Source of the DNA: an uncultured delta proteobacterium
Lineage (GTDB): Bacteria > Myxococcota_A > Polyangia > Fen-1088
Length of the DNA stretch: 64,000 nucleotides
NCBI GenBank assembly: GCA_963755125.1
Contig: CAVWIP010000016.1
Coordinates: forward strand, 128,001-192,000
Direction: 5' to 3'
Shown: positions 57,081 through 64,000 of the stretch, in pieces
Numbering within the stretch: position 1 is the first letter of the stretch
Layout of the letters: each line of letters starts with the position of its first letter
Notes under the pieces: model-generated
Databases searched by the model: none
Told to the model about the DNA's origin: nothing
What the model saw: the letters and a program-made list of their open reading frames with translations, nothing else
Made by a program: the position numbers and the translations under genes

Positions 57081-57848
57081 TCAACCTGTGCCCCGCAGCC
57101 GTGCCAACCGGTTCGCTGCCTCGGCCATGCGGCCCGGCTCGCCCACACGCTCCGCGCGCCAGAGCAGGTTGTGCGGCGTCACCGTGGGTGCCACGAAGCT
57201 GACCACGGTGGTCTGCCAACCCGCGGCCTCCAGGCGCAGGGTACGCTCGGCGTCGACAATCGACTGGATGAAGCGGCGTCGCACCTCTGCGTGGCGGGGC
57301 ATGCCCAATTGCTCCGCGCGCCGCTCGGCCAGGGCAGCAGCCGATACCTCTTTCGAGGTGCAACAGGGCACCAGCAGCAATGAGCGTGCCCGCACCGCCA
57401 GCGACCGTTCGATGATTACGTCCGACGCTTGACCGCAGGCGTGCAGCGCGACCACGACATCCGGCTCGCCTGGCCAGGCCGCCGAGTCCCCGACGTCCGC
57501 CATCACCACCTCGACGGCTACACCGGGCGCCCGCAGGCGCGGGATGGCGTCGCGACAGGCAGCCACGCGCGCCGGCTCGCGCTCGATCACGCACACGCGC
57601 GCTGGCCGCCCGACGGGCGCCAGGATCAACTCCGCCGCCAGGAAGCCCACCGTGGCCTTGCCCGCGGCCGCGTCGACCAAGACCAGCTCGCCCTTTGCCG
57701 CCCGACGGGCCACTGCCCCCGCCACCTCGGTGAGCAGGCCCGCCATCTCGTCTGACTTGCGCCGATCCTCGTCACGCAGGCTGGTCGCAGGCGCGTCGAT
57801 GAAGAGGCGGTGCAGCAGCTCGTCGATCTGGGCGCGGGAAAAGGTCAT
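57081..57848 (-). CDS. SAM-dependent methyltransferase (Methyltransf_32-like)
   Basis: LVDAAAGK, VVALHACG.ASD, VPCC, TPHN. Confidence 0.85.
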   Translation of the reverse strand: MTFSRAQIDELLHRLFIDAPATSLRDEDRRKSDEMAGLLTEVAGAVARRAAKGELVLVDAAAGKATVGFLAAELILAPVGRPARVCVIEREPARVAACRDAIPRLRAPGVAVEVVMADVGDSAAWPGEPDVVVALHACGQASDVIIERSLAVRARSLLLVPCCTSKEVSAAALAERRAEQLGMPRHAEVRRRFIQSIVDAERTLRLEAAGWQTTVVSFVAPTVTPHNLLWRAERVGEPGRMAEAANRLARLRGTG

Positions 57849-58168
57849 GGGGTGCGGTGCAGAGATGACCACGCCATCGCGGGCCGCCTATTGCTTCGAG
57901 CCGGGGGTGTAGAATTTCACGTCGGGAGTGATCCATCCCGAGTATTCGCTGAAGTTATACAAGTGGTACTGCTGCGGGATGCTGCGCCGGATCGGTGGGG
58001 CGGTCAAATCGCAGTCGCCATTCGAGTAGATCCAGAGCTCCGGGCAAGACGAGCCAATCCGACGCACGCCCTCTTCGAGTTTTCTCCGTCGAGGCGACCT
58101 AACGGGCTCCCGGAAGCACGATTGCAGGCTTGGACACGGCGCCCTCGCTCGCCAGCGCACCGTCGTCC

Positions 58169-58708
58169 CTACTCTGGTTCGGGAATATTGGGCGGGTTGG
58201 GCGGGTGGTGCAGCAGGTGGCGGTCGACGTCGGCTGCAAAGTCATTGCCTGGATATTTCTTGACCATGGCCCTGGCTTCTTCCTTGGCCTCTTTGTAGTG
58301 CTCCATGTTGGCCAGGGCTTTGACGACGTTCCATTCGAACTCAGGCGCGTTGGGGCTGTCGGGAAAGCGAGCAACCGCCTCTCTCGCCAATTGCAGCGAA
58401 AGAGGTGGGTCGGACGCCGCCAGGTCGTGCAGCTTCGTCATCAGCGAAGCCTCATCCAGGCGCACTCCAGCGTCCTTCTCCGTGGCTTGCCGATGCGTTG
58501 GCGGGGCGACTGGGGAAGGGGCCGGAAGCGGGGAAGGCTTCGCCGGCGGCGCGTCGAGCCTCGGAGCCGGTGGGGTGGTTGCAACTATTTCGTGCTCCTC
58601 GATCGGCGCCGGTCGAGGGCGCCTGTTCCTCAGGGCAAAGGCGCCAAGGATCACAGCCAGCGCAATGACGCCGAGGACTCCGACGACCACGATTGCAGGC
58701 TTGGACAT
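58169..58708 (-). CDS. Membrane-anchored small TPR-like protein
   Basis: N-terminal TM, Pro-rich linker, helical domain similar to 7317..7799. Confidence 0.75.
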   Translation of the reverse strand: MSKPAIVVVGVLGVIALAVILGAFALRNRRPRPAPIEEHEIVATTPPAPRLDAPPAKPSPLPAPSPVAPPTHRQATEKDAGVRLDEASLMTKLHDLAASDPPLSLQLAREAVARFPDSPNAPEFEWNVVKALANMEHYKEAKEEARAMVKKYPGNDFAADVDRHLLHHPPNPPNIPEPE

Positions 58709-58782
58709 GGCTTTCAAGACCGACGCACTGACCCTACTTCGGTGATCGAGCAAAGACAACCGCGACAGCGCGGGCCCTGGTT

Positions 58783-60477
58783 CTACTTCAGACTCGGTAT
58801 GAGGTCGCGAGTTATGGTGTGGGCGTCCGAGTAGACGCTCTTGATATTCGCCACGGTGTTGTTCGATGTCTCGTAGCCTGCCCAGATATTGAAGAGTATC
58901 CAAGGTGCCGCGGTCGGGAACATGGCGCTCGGAGTTGGAATCAACCCGGTCTCATGCAGGGCGATGGGAATGGTACTGCCCATGATACCTTTACAAGTGC
59001 TGTAGAGCGATGTGAACGGTTGATTCGTACCGTAGGTATCACCGCCCGAGACGTCGACGTATTGCTTGCCCGGGTAAAAGGCGGCACTCGGCGAGCCGCT
59101 GAAGGGCATAAGCCAGATGATATTGGTGAGGCCCTTGGTCTTGGTCAGATAGTTAAACGCATATGTCCACAGTGCGACAAATTGTGCGCCCGTATCGCCA
59201 ATGGACCACCAGAACCACCCGTTTTGTTGCGTCTCGTGAAAGAGCGCCAATATTATCGGCACGTTGGCGGTTTGCATGGCCCCTATCTGAGCGGCCACGT
59301 AGTCCAACCTGTTGAGGAAGGCAGTGTTCTCCCCGGTTCCCGCCGTTATCACGTTGGTGAAAAAGCCGGCCGCGGGAGTAGACTCGGCACAGTTAGTACC
59401 GTCGTAGCAGTCGTTCGCGCAGGTTGAACCAGCTACCGGCTGGCCCATGTGGTAGCGGAACATCGTCAGTCCACCCGCGTTCCAATAGGCAATGCCCCGG
59501 GTCGTGGAAGAAGTGACGGCCGTGCAGGAATCGCCATCGCGATAAAGGAAATCGCTCCCAAGAATCGCCGGATATTTGCCGATGTTGGTGTTGTACCAAC
59601 TGATGTCGGTCGGGTTAGCGTTCCAGTTGGCTTCCTGCTGTCCCGACAAGACGTGGGTGCCGTACTCGCTATACAAGTAGCACAGCAAGTTCTTTGCCTG
59701 GGTCGAGGCATTGGGACTGACGGGCAGGACATCGCACGGGCTCGCGCCGCCAGTTGGAGTCGTGCCGCCCGTCGCGGTCGTGCCGCCCGTCGGTGTCGAT
59801 CCGCCTTCCGAGGTCGTGCCGCCCCTCGGTGTCGAACCGCCCGTCGGCGTCGATCCGCCTTCCGAGGTCGTGCCGCCCGTCGGCGTCGATCCGCCTTCCG
59901 AGGTCGTGCCGCCCGTCGGCGTCGATCCGCCTTCCGAGGTCGTGCCGCCCGTCGGCGTCGATCCGCCTTCCGAGGTCGTGCCGCCCCTCGGTGTCGAACC
60001 GCCCGTCGGCGTCGAGGTGCCCACCGAGGTCGAACCGCCCGTCGGCGTCGAAGTGCCTACCGAAGTCGAACCGCCCGTCGGCGTCGAGGTGCCCACCGAG
60101 GTCGAACCGCCCGTCGGCGTCGAAGTGCCCACCGAAGTCGAACCGCCCATCGGCGTCGAAGTGCCTACCGAAGTCGAACCGCCCGTCGGCGTCGAGGTCC
60201 CCACCGAGGTCGAACCGCCCGTCGGCGTCGAAGTGCCCACCGAAGTCGAACCGCCCGTCCGCGTCGAAGTGCCTACCGGTGTCGAACCGCCCGTCCGCGT
60301 CGTACCGCCGGTTGCGCTGGCGATGGTGGTTGTCCCTGCCGTGCTCCCGGTCATCGTTGAGCCACCGGATCCACTCGGACTGGTGTTGGTCCCAGAACCC
60401 GAAGTTCCGCTGTCCGAGCAGCCAACGAGAGCGGCCAGCGAAGTGGCGAGGGTTAGGGAGAGTATCTTCTTGTTCAT
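58783..60477 (-). CDS. GH26 glycoside hydrolase (mannanase-like) lipoprotein
   Basis: SD GGAGG; lipobox LVGC; SGQQE, GKYPAILGSD, FHE..GWFWW, FYPG..YVD..G.D.Y, IALHETG. Confidence 0.88.
   Translation of the reverse strand: MNKKILSLTLATSLAALVGCSDSGTSGSGTNTSPSGSGGSTMTGSTAGTTTIASATGGTTRTGGSTPVGTSTRTGGSTSVGTSTPTGGSTSVGTSTPTGGSTSVGTSTPMGGSTSVGTSTPTGGSTSVGTSTPTGGSTSVGTSTPTGGSTSVGTSTPTGGSTPRGGTTSEGGSTPTGGTTSEGGSTPTGGTTSEGGSTPTGGTTSEGGSTPTGGSTPRGGTTSEGGSTPTGGTTATGGTTPTGGASPCDVLPVSPNASTQAKNLLCYLYSEYGTHVLSGQQEANWNANPTDISWYNTNIGKYPAILGSDFLYRDGDSCTAVTSSTTRGIAYWNAGGLTMFRYHMGQPVAGSTCANDCYDGTNCAESTPAAGFFTNVITAGTGENTAFLNRLDYVAAQIGAMQTANVPIILALFHETQQNGWFWWSIGDTGAQFVALWTYAFNYLTKTKGLTNIIWLMPFSGSPSAAFYPGKQYVDVSGGDTYGTNQPFTSLYSTCKGIMGSTIPIALHETGLIPTPSAMFPTAAPWILFNIWAGYETSNNTVANIKSVYSDAHTITRDLIPSLK
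59760..60310 (-). repeat. Intragenic 18/36-bp tandem repeats encoding a Gly/Thr/Ser linker
   Basis: Repeated TGGSTSVGTSTP and TGGTTSEGGSTP units. Confidence 0.92.
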
Positions 60478-60698
60478 GCGACGCCTCCAAATCAGATGAG
60501 CGAATGGGCAACCGACGGAGATTGTTCTGGTGCTGCCGTGCTAAGGGGTCAGCATCCCGGCAAGCTTCACAAATTCGTCGCCCGAGCCTCAGCCTCGGAA
60601 CTCGCCGTCTGGTCGCCCAAGCGTGAACAGACCAGAGGCTCCGGGCGCCATTCCGCGACCCGACTCCGCGCTGCCTCCTATGCGGGGAGAACGCTGGG

Positions 60699-61832
60699 TT
60701 AGAGCCTGACAGTGCCGCAGCCCATCAGAACTTCGGCGGACTTGTAAGTTCCGTTCGTGACGTCGGTGCACCACGATCCGTAGAGCTGGATGGAGGTATC
60801 GGCCGATGACGTGTAGTTCCAGCCGTTGGTCTGCGTGGGGTCATACGGCGCACGCAGGTTGCTGTCGCCGTTGAACTCGACAACCACGTTGGTCGGATCC
60901 GGAGGGACCTTGCCCAGATTGAATACGCAACTTGCCACAGCGGTGGCGATGTTGCTGAGAGCAGCGGTCAACTGGTCCGGAGATGTCGCGGGGAAGAAGT
61001 CGGTTGTTCCGCCGGCTGCGGCGAAGCTCGTCAGGTTGCCTGCCGATGGCCCGATGCCGATGACGTACGTCTTGATGCCGGCACTATAAGCAGTCGCGAT
61101 CGCCCCGGCGGCGTCCGCGACCGATGCGTCACTGACCGTGGAAGTTGTCCCAGGGTCGCAATTGGGCTGGCCATCCGTGGCAAGGAGAATGAAGTGGGAT
61201 CTGCCATCAGTCACCGTCCCGTAATAGGCGACGGCCGCGTTAATGGCGGCAGTGGTCGGAGTCTGGCTTCCCGGGGATGTCCCGGCAATCGCGGCCTGAA
61301 TTTGAGCAGCCGTGTTTGGCCCCACCGCGACCTCTACTCCTGGGTTGACCGTGCAGTTCCCTCCCCCTGGCGACGTGAAGAACTTCAAGCCCCACTCGAC
61401 GCCGGCCGGTGAGGCCGCGAGAACTTGATTGAGGGCTGTCGTCATCGTGGGCCATCTCGCCGTACAATTGGCTGGAGCATTGGCACCGGTGCAACTGGAG
61501 TTGGAGGCGATGTCGTCGTTCATCGATCCCGAACGGTCAAGAACCAGGAGGAGGTCGGCCGGTTGCTGGGTAAGACTGTTGGTCGTAATGCCGCAGTTGC
61601 CGCCGTCGACGTCGGTGGGGGTCGGGTTGTCGTCAGTGCTGGTGCTAGTAGAACCGCTCGTCGCCAGACTGACGCCGGTCCCGGTCCCTCGCTGCCCGTT
61701 CGTGCTGACTACTGCGCTACTGCCAGGGATCGGAGTGGGGCCCCCGCAGGCGAGGAAAGCGAAGGCTGTCAAGGCAGCCGCTCCGCAAAGCAATACCCAA
61801 GTGGTTCGGCTGAAGATCCGTAACCCGGTCAT
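60699..61832 (-). CDS. vWA-domain lipoprotein
   Basis: SD AAGGAGG; lipobox FLAC; MIDAS DRSGS...TPT...LATDG; multiple Cys. Confidence 0.86.
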   Translation of the reverse strand: MTGLRIFSRTTWVLLCGAAALTAFAFLACGGPTPIPGSSAVVSTNGQRGTGTGVSLATSGSTSTSTDDNPTPTDVDGGNCGITTNSLTQQPADLLLVLDRSGSMNDDIASNSSCTGANAPANCTARWPTMTTALNQVLAASPAGVEWGLKFFTSPGGGNCTVNPGVEVAVGPNTAAQIQAAIAGTSPGSQTPTTAAINAAVAYYGTVTDGRSHFILLATDGQPNCDPGTTSTVSDASVADAAGAIATAYSAGIKTYVIGIGPSAGNLTSFAAAGGTTDFFPATSPDQLTAALSNIATAVASCVFNLGKVPPDPTNVVVEFNGDSNLRAPYDPTQTNGWNYTSSADTSIQLYGSWCTDVTNGTYKSAEVLMGCGTVRL

Positions 61833-62126
61833 GTTGACCTCCTTGAACTTGCGTGCGGTGGATCGGGTCTCCCCGAAAAAACTGACTCGGCCGTTCGAAG
61901 ACTCCTAATGGCAATCCCAAACACTCACTGGCGGCGAGAACGCACCAAGCCTACACGTATATAATAGAATACTACGGCATCCTGGAGCGGGCGGCTCTCA
62001 AAAAATGAACCCGCCGCCCCACCCAAGGCCACGCATTCTGATGGATAGCGTCGCCGCAGCATCAGTGATTTAGGCTAGTTAGCGGCACCATCGTTCCTGT
62101 CCTGTGCAAATCTTCCGGTGTGCCAG

Positions 62127-64000
62127 CTAGACCAGTCGAGCGGCCTGGGCCAGTGCGGCCGCGTCCACGCCCTCGCGACCGCGCGCGTCAACATACAAGC
62201 GAGCCACAGCCAAGGCCGGGACCGGCAAGGCCGCGACCATCAACAGGTCGCCGAGAAAGACGCGCAGGAACACCAAGACGCGACGGCTGCTTCCAGGAAT
62301 AACCATGTCAGACAGAGTGAAAGCCACCGCACTCAGCAACGTGGCGGCCAGCGCGACCACGATCACTCGCACAGCGTCCGTCCTGACCAAGGCCACGCTG
62401 CGAAGGAGTGCCGCCTTGCCCGTGCCGCGCTCGAACAGCACCACCATCGGCACGAACAAGAGCAGGACCGCCGCGACCAAGCCGGGCCCGACAAACAGGA
62501 CGCTGCCTAGAGCGACCAGCGTAGCCGCGGGCAACAGCGCGGTGATGAAGCGGAAACGACGACTCCACAGCAGGATCCCCACGTCCGTGACAGAGGGCAG
62601 CGGCGAGCCCGCGCGTTGGTCGACCAGTGCCACGGCCATGGTTGCAAAAGCCAGCGGCACCGCCAGACCGAAGAGCAACAAGCCCGTCAGCAGCACGGCT
62701 GCGAACCAGCGTGCAGCCACGGCCAGCGGACTAGGTGTCTCCGCGACTGCTCCTGCGCCAGCGGCATCCTCCGCAGCCACGGACGCCAACGCGGCAAGCT
62801 CGGCCAGTGCACCCTTGTCAACCTTGCCCGCGGCGTGGCTGGCCTGCGCTCGGCGGGCCAACTCCTGCTTGACCTGCGAAAAATCGACCGTCGTGGCCGA
62901 GGCATCGTGCAGCGGATCCGGTACTGCCGAGCCGGTGACTGCCGCCACCATGCACGACTTCGCCGCAGCCGCAGGAAGCAGCACGATCGCCACGAGCAAG
63001 AGCAGCGGCCTCCATGCCTGTCGGTACAAGGTGAAGGCTTCGGCCAGCAGGCGCAGCGCGGCCACCGCGTCCGCCAAAACCCTCGCCAACCAGGGCAACC
63101 GGCGCAGGGCCATTCCCCCCCGCCCCGGCAAGCTGGCTGCGACCGGCTGGGGCAGGCGCAGGTTGGCCGCGACCGTCACAGCCGGCAAGTCCACCGGGGC
63201 CTGCTCCACCTGAGTGTCGGGGTCGAGTTCGAGCGTCGGAGTCACGCCGCCACCGCCGACGGCTTGCGACGGCACGTGCGAAGACGGCCGAGTGCTGGCA
63301 CTGGTCTCCGCCGACGGCAACGGCGCCGCAAACGGCGTGATTGGCGCGTCTGGCTTCGCGCGAACTGGCGCGACTGGATATTCGCAGCTCTCCACGGCGC
63401 TCGACGGCGAGACGGGCGGCGAGGCCGAGGTTGTCAGGGCGAGACCCTGGGCAGCCGCTGGGCCGTACATCAAGATGGTTCCGCCCGTCTGTCCAGCCTC
63501 GCCAGCAAGAGGTGGCGACGCCGGAACCGCTCGCGTTCCCGGCGGGACATCCGCGCTCGGCGCTGCGACCGGCGCTGACGAAGGCCGCGCAGGACTCTGG
63601 GCAGCCGCTGGGCCGTACATCAAGATGGTTCCGCCCGTCTGTCCAGCCTCGCCAGCAAGAGGTGGCGTCGGCGGAACCGCTCGCGTTGCTGGCGGGACAT
63701 CCGCGCTCGGCCTTGCGACCGGCGCTGACGAAGGCTGCGTGATGGCCGGCGGCGATGCGGCCGAACCTGGCTTCGCTGGGTTCGAAGCAGGTATTGCGGG
63801 TGGGCCTGGCTTTGCCGCCGGCGCGGTTGGCGACGACGCCTTGTGCTGGGGCTCCCACGTCGACACCGCGGGTTTGGGAAACCCTGCGGGCATGGGCAGC
63901 GACGGCGGTGCAGCCAGACCCAGGATGGTCTTGCCCAACGCCGGGTTGTCGATCAACTTTCCCGTCGCAGGACAGGTGCGCGTCTCAGGCCGATGCTGCT
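62127..64000 (-). CDS. Pro-rich protein with C-terminal multi-TM domain (5' end probably beyond window)
   Basis: Frame stays open to the window edge; Pro-rich N part and about 6 TMs. Confidence 0.75.
   Translation of the reverse strand, partial: QHRPETRTCPATGKLIDNPALGKTILGLAAPPSLPMPAGFPKPAVSTWEPQHKASSPTAPAAKPGPPAIPASNPAKPGSAASPPAITQPSSAPVARPSADVPPATRAVPPTPPLAGEAGQTGGTILMYGPAAAQSPARPSSAPVAAPSADVPPGTRAVPASPPLAGEAGQTGGTILMYGPAAAQGLALTTSASPPVSPSSAVESCEYPVAPVRAKPDAPITPFAAPLPSAETSASTRPSSHVPSQAVGGGGVTPTLELDPDTQVEQAPVDLPAVTVAANLRLPQPVAASLPGRGGMALRRLPWLARVLADAVAALRLLAEAFTLYRQAWRPLLLLVAIVLLPAAAAKSCMVAAVTGSAVPDPLHDASATTVDFSQVKQELARRAQASHAAGKVDKGALAELAALASVAAEDAAGAGAVAETPSPLAVAARWFAAVLLTGLLLFGLAVPLAFATMAVALVDQRAGSPLPSVTDVGILLWSRRFRFITALLPAATLVALGSVLFVGPGLVAAVLLLFVPMVVLFERGTGKAALLRSVALVRTDAVRVIVVALAATLLSAVAFTLSDMVIPGSSRRVLVFLRVFLGDLLMVAALPVPALAVARLYVDARGREGVDAAALAQAARLV
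63447..63735. repeat. Intragenic direct repeat, 150-bp period
   Basis: 63447-63585 and 63597-63735 are near-identical (PSSAPVA...GGTILMYGPAAAQ twice). Confidence 0.9.

Noticed and set aside
59760..60310. 36-bp periodic repeats as CRISPR
   Set aside because: No spacers; in-frame coding repeats inside the GH26 gene
61833..62126. AT-rich intergenic region as riboswitch or ncRNA
   Set aside because: No recognisable aptamer; consistent with an ordinary promoter region

Overview
High-GC bacterial chromosomal segment, most likely Myxococcota (Polyangia-like). The evidence is an AglR/AglQ/AglS gliding-motor operon, a MXAN_5187-family gene, an AgmX/PglI C-terminal-domain protein, an ECF-sigma/FecR-TPR cassette and Gly/Thr-rich lipoproteins. 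It is mostly core genome: ABC-2 exporter, acsA, mdh, ArnT-like glycosyltransferase, rlmI, ndk, rlmN, queF, PBP1A plus a second transglycosylase, mntH with a USP, a GH26 lipoprotein, and two tRNAs (Lys-CTT, Arg-TCG). I found no integrase, transposase, prophage or CRISPR array. The most unusual parts are: (1) a futalosine-type menaquinone cluster (about 19.3-33.3 kb) with an internally deleted, Fe-S-motif-less paralogue of MqnE/MqnC coupled to mqnE, an MqnA-MqnC fusion and a three-domain DsbA lipoprotein; (2) a gliding-motor operon with two tandem aglR genes; (3) a His-rich micro-ORF coupled to a gene at the left edge; (4) an 81-bp palindromic REP-like tandem repeat; (5) repeated -10 boxes sitting almost directly on start codons. 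All assignments come from motif recognition by eye and recalled family features; no database searches were run, and several start codons are my own picks.
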